DNA of 64,000 bases from Catajapyx aquilonaris (GCA_000934665.2 JYFJ02000072.1:62001-126000); one strand, 5' to 3'. Counted from the stretch's first letter, positions 26,501-40,747 are shown. The notes: generated from the letters alone by a model not told the origin. A program made the numbers and translations.

Positions 26501-29500
26501 TATACTGTATATTGTAATTGTCACTTTTACAGGATGAGCTGGAGAAGGCAGAGGATCTGAGGTCAGTAGGTCTGTCCCTGGTTGACCGTCACCCAGAGGT
26601 GGTGGACTCGGTGCAACCCAAATGTGTGGAGCTGCAGAGGGTAGCTGAGCTGTTCCGTGAGCGGATTGGACGGCGCTTGGAGTCTCTCAGAAGGGGGAGG
26701 GAGCTGCATGAGAGGATAGAGAAGGCCAACAAGTGGTGCACACAAGGGGTGGAACTGTTGGCTTCCCAGCAGATGGAGCAGTGTTCCTCGCCCAAGTTTG
26801 CTGAGATGATGCTCGCAGAGCTAGAGGACTTTCTGGCCAGTGCCTCTGACCTCAGGATTGCTACACCTAAAGAATCACGCAATATGTTCCATGATATGGT
26901 CACTCCAGACACCAAAGCACTAGTACAGCAGGTCAGCCCAATATTAAAGTAATGGTGTTGTAAGCTGTGTGAAAGCGTGCATGCCCACACACAACAAGGA
27001 ACCTAGACAATTCAATTATAACAATTTATCACTTCTGGTCATTCTCTATTAATAGTGATTGGGTTTGTAGAATCTACAGGGTATTTATGAATTACACTGA
27101 TAATCTTTGTGATGGGGTGGCTTGGGGGATATCAGAACTTTTAGCCTGATTCTAGCACTTCAACATTTCAGCTATTACTTTTATCATTTTGAAACACCCT
27201 GTATAAATCTAAAGGGTTTGAGAACTCCAAAGAGTGTTTTAATTCGGAGGTTCCTAGGCATAGGGTTACATGCTTTGTGAATGGTCTGCAGTATGACCTT
27301 CACTTCTTGGTTCATATTCATAACTATTGTACACAGGTGTTGCAGAGAATAGATGACATCCAAACAATGTGTGAAAAGAGGAAGAGCAGTCTCCGAATCC
27401 TGGCAGTGAGGCAACAGTCAAGTGAGGCATACCGAACTGCCCCCAAGCCCCACCTCATGAGCTATGCCCACACCAATGGAAACCTGGAGGGGCACAGCAA
27501 CACTCCCAAGTCGCCAAAAATATTTAGAAAAGCCAAGACTGTGCCAAAGGTAAGGATTATGCTAATGTGATGAAAATTATACATTGCATTACTAGTGGTG
27601 AATACCACATAGTCTCACTAAGTTATGGTGGGATTTTTGCGACAGTGATTGGTACTATTTTCAACTAGACATTTTCCATTTTTAACACATTTTTAAACTT
27701 GGTTTTTCAGCTGGAGACACCCAACCGAGACAGACAAGAACGTAGGAATAGCTCTTCACCGGATAGTGAGGGTTCCTTCCGAGACTCAGATGCCCTGAGA
27801 GCCAAGAGAGGCCATGTCCTTACAGAGCTGCTTGCTACTGAGCGCATTTATGTTGCAGAACTTCGTAGCATTCTGTTGGGTTATCAAAGTGAAATGATGA
27901 ACCCAGAGGCTCAGTCTCTCTTGCCCCCTCTCCTTATGGGCAAATCTGACTACCTCTTTGGCAATCTGGATGACATTCACAAATTCCATGACAAAGTCTT
28001 CCTTTGCGACCTAGAGAATTGCATCAGCTCACCTGAGCTGATTGGTCTCTGCTTCCTGCAGAGGGTGAGCATAGTAAACTTGCATTTCATACTTACCTAA
28101 TTTGTTGACTAAAGAAGCTAATGAGAATTTATCCTGGTAGCGTGATGCCTTCCACCAACTGTACAGCCGCTACTGCCAGAACCATCCCCAGTCGGAGGCC
28201 CTTCGCAGGGAGATGGGAGAGCAGAATCCTTTCTTTGTGGAATGCCAGCGTAAGCTGGGCCACAAGCTTCCCCTGGGGGCCTATCTACTCAAACCAGTGC
28301 AGAGGATCACCAAGTATCAGTTGCTTCTCAAGGATCTCATCAAATACAGTGAGGAAGGGAAGGGATACAAAGAACTGCAAGAGGCGCTTGATTGCATGCT
28401 GGCCGTGCTCAAGTGCGTCAATGACAGCATGCACCAGGTGGCCATTACTGGATTCCCTGTAAGTATCTTGAAGAGGAAGTTGTAAGTTTTGCAGGTTTGA
28501 AAATTGCCTTTTTATGCACAGGGCAATTTGTCTGAGCAAGGGCGTCTACTCTTGCAAGGATCATTTCGAGTATGGTCAGAGAGCAAGAAAGATCGGCTGA
28601 AAGACCTCCGTCTGAAGCCACGGCAAAGGCACATATTTCTCTACACACAGGCAATTGTGTTCTGCAAGAAGGCAGGAAGGGATCCAGATAAAGTGTCATA
28701 CCAATTCAAGAACTACCTCAAGGTATTAAATAGAGCTTAGGAGCTCACCTTGATTTTTCAAATGTGCATATAGCACTGATCTTTTATCACCTAATGCATG
28801 TAGTTTTTGTGGTACTTACGATTAAACCTTTATCCCAGATGTCCCAGGTTGGCATGACTGAGATGGTGCAGCGAGGTCGTGGTGACCAACGCCGCTTTGA
28901 ACTGTGGCTTCAAGGTCGTCAGGAAGTATATACTCTGCAGGCTCCATCCCTGGAGATAAAGGAGGCCTGGATTGGAGCTGTGAAGCGACTTCTCTTTGAA
29001 CAGCTGGAGCACCTTCGGGGGCAGAGCATCCGACACTTCACTGCCAAGATGCAGGCCAAGGGGGGGAGTGGGACCAACACTGCCATCAATGGAATTACCA
29101 GGCCACATCCTGTCTCTCCTCCTCTCGGTGGACACAAGTGAGTTTTTTTGTCAATTGTTGACCGAACATACCTTGATTATTGCTTACATGAAGTGAAGTG
29201 CCAATTATTATTACTGAACATCAACTACATGGCATTATTTTCTAGGCCACTTAGACACACCAGCTCATGGGATTACAGCAGCCAGAGCAACAACAACGTT
29301 CCAGAGCTTAACTTTGGCCGGCGCCTGCGCTTAATGAGCATGCAGGAAGGAGCAAGCAATGGGAGTGGCAGCATGGTTAGTGGAGGACCCGTCCCTTCGG
29401 CAGGAGGCAGCAGTGGCGACTCCCAGCATCCTAGCTGTGATGAAGAGGAGGGCTGGAGCACTGAGTACAGCAACAGTGATGATGATGACATCACTGATCC

Positions 29501-30289
29501 GTTCACTGAGCCTGCAGAGGTTGGTTGACTATATCACCAGACTTGCTTGAGATTGGGAGAATGCAACGCACTGTGATTGATCATTTCCAGAGCTACTCAA
29601 ATCACTATGTGGTGCTGGCTGATTACATAGCAATGGATCACGCAGAGCTTTCCCTCAGGGAAGGGGATCTGCTTGACTTGCTGAAAGTTGGATGTGCTGG
29701 ATGGTGGTTTGTCAGGCTCTTAGGTAAGGAGTCTCAATATCTTGGTTGCAGGAAGACCTGTTTATATCCTTGAATACTACAGGGAAATATCTGGAGGTTT
29801 AGGTACAAAGCAAGATATACCATAGCTCAATGTGAAGTACTGATTGAGTAATTATTGCATCCTACTGGGAGACATTACTGTTAGACATATAGCATAAACC
29901 TTTTCCAGTAGTTAGGTTCTTAAAGTATGCAGAATATATGGGCGGATCATATGTTACATTCGTTTTTTACTTTGAAACGGCTGCACTTTTGGCGCATTTA
30001 TTTAATCCTCCTTTCTGTTCCTTTGGATACAAAAGGATCAGGCCAGGAAGGTTGGGCTCCATCTGCCTACTTGGGCCGTATGTCGAAGACCAACCGCAGT
30101 TCTCCATCAGTAAGCAGCCAGGACAGTGGCATGGGGATCCTCCTCAATGGTGCCAGTGGAGGCGGCGGAGGAAGCAGTGTGGGTGGTGGCAGCAGTGGCA
30201 TCAGCCTGGATGGAGGGAGCAGGGGCCTGCGACATGCCACCAGCAGGACCAGCGTGACTTCCATTGTGAGCTCTACAAGCCACGACTGA
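23556..30289 (+). CDS. MCF2L: Rho guanine nucleotide exchange factor DBS/MCF2L-like (CRAL-TRIO, spectrin repeats, DH, PH, SH3)
   Basis: Phase-consistent GT-AG exons: 23556-23639, 24124-24238, 24323-24413, 24497-24610, 24696-24812, 25429-25554, 25629-25771, 26139-26373, 26533-26931, 27337-27549, 27711-28064, 28141-28458, 28522-28722, 28839-29137, 29246-29519, 29591-29723, 30036-30289. Motifs: GGKSRDGCPIITFP and GFVLIIDRRSDKW (Sec14-like); HVLTELLATERIYV and YLLKPVQRITKYQLLL (DH); RHIFLY...FELW (PH); VLADY...GWWFV..GQEGWAPSAYL (SH3). The 5' end lies upstream, or at the in-frame ATG at 23564. Confidence 0.93.
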
Positions 30290-33200
30290 GATGAGGGGAA
30301 AGGGGGAGGGTGGGTATGCTGGAGGTGACCTGGGCATCTCCAAAAGCAAACCACTGCCATCCCTCATGCTGTTGCTGTGGTACTCTTCTTCCGCCAACTA
30401 CAGTACAAAAGAGGTATATGATCGCTCCCAGAGGGTCAAAGCTTGTTACGTTACGTCTTACGTTCAAGATGCGGTGCGGTTGGAATTATTTCGGGAGAGA
30501 CCAGCTCCTTCCTCAAGCGAGACATGTTTTTCTCTTTTTTTGCATTTTGGGGCTTCCAACCAAGTTTTTAAAAAAGACCTTTTGATTTTTGCAGTTTGTG
30601 AGTTTGTGAAGAGGGGAGTGGAATACTAGTAGAGGTCTGTCTTAAGACAGATGAGTGTTTGATTTCTTTTGTGTGTGTGTTTTTGTTGCTGGGAAATGCA
30701 AGTGGCGAATAGACAATGAGATTTATGACGTGGAGTTTCCGCCAAATAAAAGGATGCTCGGAGTCTTCCTCCTTGTGTGTGTAGTCGCCATTATCTTCTC
30801 CCAGCCATGGGCACCTTGGTTGTTCCATCCTTTGTTGACTAGTAAGCATGTGGGGACTAAGAAAAACGAGGAATGTACAAAATGGACGTTTCAGTGTTGC
30901 TCTAGGCACATAGCTCCCCGACCTCACCCCCTCTGACCCTTTGTTTATGTAAACAAGGAAGTGACAGTCACCAATCTTCTTCAGTCTCTCTGTCCGTTGC
31001 ACCAAAGATTGAACCCAGTTTCTAGTCCAGCACATTTTTTTCCCCCATGCTATTTGTTATGAATGTTGAATTTATTCAAGGGTTGTCATTGGGGCTGGAT
31101 TTTAGAGATTGTTGTAAGTTATTATTATTATTACAAATCCTGTTTCACACCAAATGCATGAAACACACAAATCCTGTCTCTAGTCACAGCTGTTTTTGCA
31201 CAAGTCTGACAATGCATGAATGGTACTTCATTGTTGCTCTGTCAACCTGCCTTTCCAATGTGTGAATTTTGAGATGTATGCAGTATGCTGTTAATACTGG
31301 AATACATGCAGTTACTTCACTCCTATATCACCACTGCCCCCACAGCAATGTCTAGTTATCACCGGAATTAATGTTGGGTGTCCTATTGATGCATAGAAAC
31401 AGTTTAGGAAGTTGGTTGGAATATTGTGTAATTATGCTGTTATTACAAAGAATGTTGTGTTTGTCAAGTTATACCAAAGGGTGTGTGTTTCAATTGATGT
31501 AGGTCTTGAAAAGAACGGAAAGAAAAAAGAAAATGGCAGGTTTGGGTTGGTAAAGACTAGATGATTCTGTATGTGATAATTTTGGGTCTCACCCACAGCA
31601 CATTTACTTTCCTGAGCTTTGGTCCTTTCTTATGGCCACTAAGCAAATTGTTGACAGACGGGACCAAATTTGGTAGTTGTTGGAAGATGTGCTTGATAAT
31701 TTGGGCAGTTTGACCTGTTTTGTTTGTATACTCTGAGTTGTTGAGAAAGGAACCGTGTGTCATCCTTCATGATGAATGTGACTCAGAAATCAAAACGAAT
31801 GTGAGTAGCATGTAAGCCACAAGGACATATCCGGTGATTGTAAAAAAGAACTGTACACTAGACAAAAAAAGTGCCAATTGAGCCATGTTTTTTGCTGTTT
31901 AGGTCACAATTGCGACATAACTATTGCACCTCTGTATTTATTTGATAGGTGCCTCCCTTGTCTGTCTATCTCTTTCTACATTGTACTCTTCACACTCTTT
32001 TCCTTGCATGCGAATGGCAATAACGTGCACCATTTAAACCCACGATAATGAGCTTGATTGCAAATTTTTCCCAGTAATAATTTGTTGGAAAATAGTCTGA
32101 CAGGACGGAGTGGCTGCAGAATTTATTTTCTCCCTTACCCCGTAACTAGACAATAATAGCTTCAGGATACAACAAAGAGCGACATGGTGGGGCACGAAAC
32201 AAGTTCCCCATTTGTTGACTTGTTATGCACTTGCAGTACCTGTACTTCTGATGATTCGTTACACGATATTTGCAGTAACGTGACTTTCAGTATTTCAATG
32301 GGAAAACAGCAACAGGGCAAATTCTAATTAACGGGTTCAAATTAAAGGGTTCGAGAAAGCGTGTACATAGTAGTTCATAGGCGAATTGTTTTATTGCTCG
32401 TGCAACCAGAAATGGTGTTTTATAAACTCTCTTGGCTGGACTATGTAAAAAAGGGATCCTAGGCATCGTCCTATGTGTATTCAATGCCATTTGTATTTCC
32501 TGGCATACCTGTACTGTACACTATATACTGTATTTAAAAAGCAGCTGCTCATCGACCGCTCCAAGTGCCATAGTGGATCCAATCAAATTGTATTTTTTAG
32601 TTATTTGGGGGGGAGTTGGGTGAAACCCACCTTTTTCTGCTCACACTAATTAGCGACGTCATTCACTTGTCAGGCTCTGCGTGGGGATTGACACTCGTGT
32701 AGGAATGACTTGGATGACGAGTTAGAGACGCACTTTTACTGTCATTTGCACTACTCTGCCATGGCAGCAGAGTAAATGCCAAGTGAATCATTGAGTGTGT
32801 GTGACCTGTTAGATTGTTAGGCCGGTATCATGCAAGGAACGTGATTTCTTGTGGTTCATAATATGCGTAGGACTGAAAGTTGATTGTTGACTGTGCGTGA
32901 AATGTGAAGAATATTTTTTGCTACACGATGTTGGTTGAGGAAGTAGTGTTTTTGTGAGATGGGTCGAGAGTACCTGTGAGGTTTTGTGACTACACTTTTT
33001 TTCACCCCACTTTTTCTCTCCAGTGGCATTTGAATATGAGCGGGGAGGAAAGCACTGATGCATTGGTGGATTCGTTTCCTGTATTCAAAAATTTTACTCC
33101 TGGGCAGTCTTATTTTCATACAGTAAACGGCTTCAAAGCAAGTTGGACAATCGTACACAGCAGTGTTTCAGAGCATATGGTGTCTGGATCCTTTTTTGTA

Positions 33201-35162
33201 TTGTGGATATTCAATAACCCTTCTCAGTATCTCTTGTAAACTTGTGTAAATATACAAACTGATTTAATTGCTTGTGCCTGTTCTTTGTTATCCCATACCT
33301 CCACAGAATGAACTCGGTTCACACGAACCGCATAGTATTCATATAATTATTATCTCCCAGAAGCTGCTGTTGCCCCGAAGCTCTCATTTCAAGAATTTAA
33401 ATTGCCGTTCACTGCCACCACCACACAGACAGCCTATCAACACTCCGAAGGTCAAATATATCTATAAATGTGTCGAGGCCCATGCATTTACAAGTGGCAA
33501 ATGTGCAAACTGCAATCGGGATCAAAGTCCTTGAAAGAGAAGGTGAAGGTGAGAACATGAAACCTGCCATCAAAACCAGGGAGTGGTCGCATTATTTCCT
33601 TGCAACTTGTAGATTGAACTTGGCACCAGGTTTATTTTGGTAGACATCTAGCTCCACCCCTAGTCTGCTGGGGAAGGCACGCACATGGCATCTGCTCTCA
33701 AAAAACCGTTGTTGGCCAGTATTTGGCGCGTGCGCCAATATCACCACACAACTTGCAACCATTACATCATCCACTGCCGGTTCACCTGCTAATCAGTCAC
33801 GCAACCCTCTTTTTTAGCCTCAAAACACATTTTCTGATGCAATCTTCCTTCAATGTTGGCTAAGATGCTACCGAATGCAGGTGGTTATCAGAGGTGGTCA
33901 ATTTCCTCTCGGGTCACTAGTTTCGTATGGGCGAGGTCATATCGGCTGGTACGACTTTGCATGGCGTTGCATTCAATGGCATGGATTTAATCGAACTTTT
34001 CCGGCCCTTGCTCAATGGCCTCAGTGGCACTACACATAATAATGGGATGACGCCCTCGACCTTGATCTTGATTTGTGGATCGGGCTGCTGAGCACATTGC
34101 TTTACTACGTTACTTGGTAGTGAGATACGGAGGCCGCCAACTTATCAATGAATTGGGAGGGGTGGGCGGGAATATTAGGGGGTGATCTAGCCGAGATTTG
34201 TACTGGTATCTTGACGTGAAGGTGACGCGCTGTATATGGCCGGGGATGTATGTAAATGTCCCCTGTTATGTAACGGATATAGTTGCACCACAGGGTGACA
34301 CGATACCTGCTCATTATGTAAAAAAAAAAAGTTGAGGTCATTTGATCAGTTCGTTGCCTTCAAGTGGCGTACTATTCCACCGAGGATTGATTTTCAGATA
34401 TGTATGTGTAGCACATTGTAGAAATGAAAAGCGAATTAGGTGTGCCGTACAGTACAGTACAACCTATAGGTTCTGAATCAATTTTTAGTAGACCTACATT
34501 TAAAAAAATTATGTAGCCTACGACACTGAAATTCCTGCACCGCACTATAAAATTTCATTTTCCGGTAACGAGAAAGTTCGGCTGTAATATCAGTAACAAT
34601 TCGAAGCAATTTTCTGAAAAAGAGCATGATTGGTACCGTTACCATTTTTATGAGAAAAAAAAAATCTTCGGCATATTGCAGAGCTACACGATTTTCTCAG
34701 TAATCGGATAATATCAGTGAATTTTTCCATGTACACGCCTTCAATTATGCGACGCGGTATTCTGCCATCATCAGGTACATTCCAGATTCCAAGCGGAAGC
34801 AGGTAGTGCCTAGAACATACCGTCACAAGCTGGCAAAAAAAATGAAGACAAATATAATACTGTTGACTTCTACATCAGCAATGAAGCAATCAGTCAAGTT
34901 TGCAATTCTCGTGACGCTCCTTTAGCAATTCCCATAGTTGACACTCGGAAATGCCATTCATTTATTGAGTGTCCAGGTACGCAGTCTGTCTAGTGACTTG
35001 TCAGAGTGCGTCGCACCAATGCCCAATCAATCTTGATCAATAATAGAGAAGGTGTCCCTAGAAGAGGCGTTGTCGAGCATGATGCAATATCCTGAGCCCT
35101 TAGGCCAGTATACAACCTGCCTGACGTAGTGCGAAGGCGTGGTGGGCCTGTCTGGCCCGGCC

Positions 35163-35252
35163 ATTGGCTGCCTTCCTGGGGGCTCGGGCTCTTCGTCACG
35201 GAACCTCCGCCGGCACTATAAAACCAGGGGCACGGGGCTGGTCTCCTCATTA
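35163..35252 (+). promoter_or_regulatory. Core promoter of the TMEM205-like gene (inverted CCAAT, TATA, Inr)
   Basis: ATTGG at 35163, TATAAAA at 35217-35223 and an Inr-like TCATT at 35247, about 30 bp after the TATA. The ATG is at 35286. Confidence 0.6.
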
Positions 35253-35285
35253 TTGTCTTTGCCTGTGCAGCATACACACACAACC

Positions 35286-36296
35286 ATGTGCCAGTGCGAG
35301 CCCATACAGTCCCAAGCGGAGGACCCCAGGAGGGAGGAGTGCGCTGACCCCAGACTCACCCAGTGGTCACCATCATCTGACAAGAGGCCAGACAGCAACT
35401 ATGACAACATGGACCAGGAGAGGATACATCAAAGGCCATTCAAGTAAGTGTCAGCTATTGGACCACGGGCGTTATTATGCAAAGTGCCACGTGCGTTGCG
35501 TCATCTTTCTGTGCTCATTGCTCCCGTGTGTGTTTCCATAGGGCTATCATGGGGATGCCCCAGCCTGCTCACGTGGCGGCCCTTGTGGCGGCCGTGACCT
35601 CGGCCTTGCTGCTGATGCCATCAGATTCGGATCAAGGAGGAGGGACATTTCTACCGGCTCTCTTGTATATCTTCACTTTCGCAGCTCATGTTGGGACGCA
35701 ACTCTGGATGACATTTGTGGCAGGTGAGGCCAGTGTTAAGCCCTCTTTAATCACATCTGAAATCTGGTTAATCTTTCTAAAAAAATTTAAGCTAGTGACG
35801 TACGGATTATCGGTATTAATACTTGGCTTCCATCATTACAGGGATTCTGCTGTTCTTCAGGGTAGAGAGACGTACTTTCGGCCAAGTGCAGGGGATACTG
35901 TTTCCAGCATATTTCTTGCTGAATGGCCTGTTGGGGCTGGTGACCGTCACGTCGTTCCTCAGGTTACATCCAGATGCCCAGATGCAAGCTCTGGCTCTGG
36001 GTGGTGCTTCAGGGTGCGAGCTGCTGGCCAGGCTGGTGGTTGCTCCTCCTATGCTGAGGATAATGAATGCCAGGGCCGCCCTGGAGAGGCGATGGGGACT
36101 CAATCGCAAAGTGGGGAGGTTGACTCCCGAGGACTTGAGTGTGATTCCCGGTGCACAGTACCAGGATCTCCGCAAGAAGTTTGTAAGGCTGCATTCGGCT
36201 GCTGCCATGGCCAATCTGACTGCCCTCGCCTGCAATGCCTTTCACCTGTGCTATCTGGCTGCCAAGATCGCTCAAATATCGCAGCTGCCCAGCTAG
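35286..36296 (+). CDS. TMEM205: Transmembrane protein 205-like (DUF4149)
   Basis: Exons 35286-35443, 35542-35723 and 35842-36296 are phase-consistent. Motifs: QPAH, FAAHVGTQLWMTFVAG, RRTFGQVQGILFPAYF, YQDLRKKFVRLHSAAAMANL. AATAAA at 36497. Confidence 0.88.
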
Positions 36297-36428
36297 GGAT
36301 CTCTCAAAAGACTCATTCATATCTTGTCAGCTCAAGCACAATCAAACCGATCAGTATTATAATGTTATTGCATCGCGCGCTTTGGTTGTTTCTCATACTC
36401 GCTCATGTCTGTTCCTGAATAATAATGA

Positions 36429-36478
<50 letters not shown>
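36429..36478. repeat. (TAT)n microsatellite in the TMEM205 3' UTR
   Basis: Perfect TAT run of about 16 units. Confidence 0.95.
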
Positions 36479-36483
<5 letters not shown>

Positions 36484-38960
36484 TGATGAGTGTACAAATA
36501 AATTATTGATGCATTCACATTTTACTCCTTTCTATTTTTTTCCTTCCACTTCCATGCAAATTGCAATGTTGGCACGTGAGAATCGGAGCTATTCATTATG
36601 GATAGTTGAAACAGAATATGGAAATGAAGTGCGGTTAATAATATTGTTAGAAATGAAAGTAATAAAGCCTATCGTCATCGGAAACATGATCTCACTATGT
36701 ATAATATGATGGCGTCAATCACACGTATGTGTACGTCAAAAGAAGGAATACTAATACGAGAACTTGCGTCATGTGAGATATGCATATATACACAAGCAAA
36801 GAATATGTCTTGAAGGTATCAAAATCTACATAACTACTTAATCCACTATACACCATGCATTTCGTAACAATCCCAAGTAAGTGGATCGCACTAACCTAAC
36901 CTACCGCAAGGGTAGATGACCCGTGACCCAGTCATTACGAGGCTTTTCCCATTCAAAAAGCGAGGGCTCCTAAAAACCATTTTAGAGGGAAAAGCACCGT
37001 TCCTGCCATCTAGTAACGGAACATAAAACCACGTGACCTAAAAACCTGTGCGGATGACATTTGCAAACTTGGCGATAGATGGCGGTGACTTCCATACACT
37101 CCAATTCCCGAGTGGCAACTCCTTCCACCTGTCGGAGGAGAGGCCAACTTCAGCAGCGGCTACCTTTCGAAGAGTGAAAGCAAGAGAAGTTAATGTCCTC
37201 TCGATAAACCTTCGGATAATCCTCTTTTCCTAGACCAGCTGGTGCACACCTTCCTGGTCTGGTGTGCCCTCCTTTTATCGACTTGGGTGGGAGGGGGGGC
37301 AGGGGAAAAGAGGGCGAAATGATGGGATTGGTGAGGTGGCTGGAGACGACCTTCCGACAGGGGAGGAGGTCACCTCTAGAGAGCTGTGACCACCACCCCG
37401 ACCACCACACGACCACCACGGTCTGGGCAGCAGGCAGACTGGGTCGCACGTGATATGTACGTGCACGGAATTGGCACAACATTTTATTCCCATTTGATTG
37501 CCTATTTTAAGGAAAGGTTGGTATCTGCAGTGTCTGCGTCGGTCTGCGTTTATAGTTTGCTCTCTTTAGTGCTGTTTAGCAGGGTATGAGTAGTATGGCA
37601 TGGTCGTGCACGTCCACAACAAACAAGACACAACAAGACACAAACCCAGCATGGGAATTTTTAAAATGCAGTCCGTTGATAAAAGGAGGGTGGTCGAGTG
37701 CTGACGGGCTGAGTAGAAGTGTAGAAATGTTATAATCTTCAAACAATTTTCTTGCAATTCTGTGAAGAAAGTAAGTCCAGAGGTCCAACTAATATCAAGA
37801 CGATACTACGTGGTGATACCCATGTATCAGTTGAATATGGCTTGACCATGTCACTCAAGGAAATTATCTGAAACTAGTTCAAATGTAATATGGAATATAA
37901 CCAAGATTCAAGTAAGACTTCCTGAAATTTTGCATCCTCATCATAATCCATCAGTTGTAATGACCGACGAATGAATCAATGTGCAATACTTGTTTAAAAA
38001 AAAATTTCAACACTGATGAAGGCAGTACAGTACGACGTCAATTTGCATAAAAAGCTAAAGTCAATTTTATGAAGCAATTACCTCACTTGCTCAACTGTGT
38101 AAACTTACAAGACACACGTAGTTCTTGAAAGCGTGCAAACAGTATGGGCCGTGCATATTGACTCAATCTTGCACTCTAGCAACCTACTTGGAGTGTTGCT
38201 TCCACAGTGCTTTATCTCTAAAAAGCATGATAAGATAAACAAAAACAGTCTTACGAGGGAGGCACTGAGAAAAACTAGGTGTGTAGGTTTTTTTCCCCCT
38301 TACATTTCCATGGCCAACTTGCTCGCCTTGTTATGTAATATGATGTAACGCTTTTTTGGACAACAGGGCTTCCTCTCTCGTGCATGCTGCTTGCACTGGG
38401 TTGCTGGACAATACTGCTGAATGGGCCCAGGGTTATCAATTCTTTGAAGTGGGGTAGGGGAGCAGAGACCCTTGGACCAAAGGGAGCCAATAACAGGCAG
38501 TAGATCACAACAGGCCAAACCAGTCCAGGCCAATAGACTGAGAAGTGCAAAGTGAGAAGTAGGCCTACTGTCCTCAGGGTATTGTTAGACGGGAATTGTG
38601 CTGGTGAGTTGTGCTACAATACATAAGATAATTAATTGCCATTTAACTAATTATGTGTGTGCATGGAGCAATGATATCAGCCGTATGTTGTCAGTGGCAC
38701 TTGAGAGATATCGAGAGAAAATAAATTATCTATTTGACAGTATATTAAGCCGTAAATGTGGCATTTGATAAAATGCCAATTAATTCAGAAATTGTAAAAT
38801 TCCGCAATGTTTTTAATCTGTAAAGTTAATTTAAAAATTTATCTTCATTGCAGGGGTCAAATCTTAAATTTTTTGTACGGGTGCAAAGTTTGCACTCGAG
38901 ACCTTCATCTGGAGTGAAGATTACTTACTTGAAGTGCTTAATTTTTAATTACTGGATTTA

Positions 38961-39121
38961 GGCTGGGTTGCACCATCTCCCGGAAAATTACCTGGCCAAA
39001 GAAGAGCCAGAATAGTTTGTTATTCATTGTTGACAGATATATTAGTTGACAACAGTGAATAACAAACTATTCTGGCTCTTCTTTGGCCAGGTAATTTTCC
39101 GGGAGATGGTGCAACCCGGCT
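38961..39121. mobile_element. PIF/Harbinger (Tourist-like) palindromic MITE
   Basis: ~70-bp near-perfect arms GGCTGGGTTGCACCATCTCCCGGAAAATTACCTGGCCAAAGAAGAGCCAGAATAGTTTGTTATTCA and their reverse complement around a short loop. TTA flanks both sides (38958-38960, 39122-39124). Confidence 0.85.
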
Positions 39122-40463
39122 TTAGCCATGGTAAAAAGCAAGATATTAATCTATAATATTTTAGTTAGTTGTCAATTTGTTTGTTTGTGGATTCGCTATA
39201 AAAATCCAGGGGAATGCCCCTACACTGCCTTAAACTAGCTCATTGGGGGTTACTTTTTTAGAGGAATTTAATGGTGCATGTTTCAGCTTCCGAACTCCCA
39301 CAACAGTCTATACTGCCTCTGCTTTAACCACCATCGACAACAATATAAGCAATATATTACTTTGTTTGGGGCCATCTCCATGGAAAAGAATTTCCAGAAA
39401 TGCATTCTCGGCGATATCAGGTGTCCGCTTTCTACGTATTTCTCCATCAAATGCCTCCAAAGAAGCGTTACACATTTGGACAATCTCCTGGCGCCAAACG
39501 CCAGCGAATTAAAAAGCAGCATGAAACAGTCAACGCCAGTCCCGTGTAGAACTTAATGCAGCCAGACACAATAATATTGAAGGGTATGGTGCAAGTCAAT
39601 TTTTAATCGGCGTTCATTTAATGGGCAGACTCCATTGATAAAAAAGAATGGGAATCATCACCCTGTGCAAGGTGACACCCTTCAGAGATAATGACAAACT
39701 TTGGCGTATTGTTTTCAATTAGCCTATAGCCATATACCCAATGACCAGTTTTAAGGAATATCAAGTGTATGTGGCTTGGTATATGGAATACTAATTTGAT
39801 TAATAAATACACTTCCTAAAAGTAATGCAGATATGGATACCCCGACCACTACCACCACAACATACCCGGGCAACGCCGGGTAACCTGCTAGTCAATAATA
39901 ATTTGAGTGCAAACTTTGCACTACAAGGCAAGCTGGAGTGCACATAACAATTTTGAAGTGCAAATTGCGCCTTTGCATCTGAATATTTCATCCCTGTCCT
40001 GCTAACCAGTCACTTGCTGTTTTAATATTGGATGGATTTGGAATTTATGAAAGTCTAGCTCGACTTTCCAGAAACTTTAGACATATGGAACTGTATTTGA
40101 GCCAAGTACAGACTTCCTGAAAAGTGTACAACTGATGTAACTTTTTGAAGTGACTTCCCCCTTAGTGAAGAAGGCAATTTTTTTTACACAGAGTTGTTTG
40201 ACTTTTACAAAAATACTGGGTAACCTGATTGCAAAAGTTGTTTGTAGCATATTTATTTGCTTGTTGTTGTGGCAAAAATCACATGGCTATTATTGCATGA
40301 TTTTATTTTGAGAAATCAAAGTGCACTTAGGGTGACCTGCCTGAACCCTACAATCTCGGGAAGTCTTATGACTATGTTACATCGTCTGTTGTAGCCTGCT
40401 GACCAACCCTGGCGTTATCCAACAATGTGCTCATGTAGGCGCATTTTAATTCTCAGAGAAACC

Positions 40464-40747
40464 ATGGATATTGAGAAGAGAGTGTCTTTCCGAGATGACC
40501 CAGACTCAGAGCCTCTACTCCCCGAAGTGCAAGTTTTGTCGCAGGATGACGACGAAGAGGAAGAAGTGGAAGAGGTTGACCAACCTGCAACTTGCAACCG
40601 ATGCGGCTTTCCTCGTCGCCGATGCACCTCAGAAGGACCTATGGTCAGCTCATGGGCTACTGCTTCTTCAGGTGCCACTGCACCTGAGCCTATTCCTCAG
40701 AGGGCTGACCTTGATGGACCATCATATGCAGCATCCTTACCTGCACA
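40464..40747 (+). CDS. Candidate distal first coding exon of the zinc transporter
   Basis: ACCATGG Kozak context. Encodes MDIEKRVSFRDDPDSEPLL...SLPA and ends CA|GTAAG in phase 2, compatible with the acceptor CAG|G at 49394. Confidence 0.65.

Noticed and set aside
35477..36418. 313-aa plus-strand ORF
   Set aside because: Runs from TMEM205 exon 2 through the intron into the wrong frame of exon 3. The spliced model explains it.
36425..36709. Poly-Leu/poly-Ile ORFs resembling signal peptides
   Set aside because: Translation of the (TAT)n microsatellite.
38851..39996. hAT-like element with CAGGG...CCCTG ends
   Set aside because: TIRs are short and imperfect and the 8-bp flanks (CTTCATTG vs TCCTGCTA) do not match. 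Kept only as a possibility in the MRE finding.
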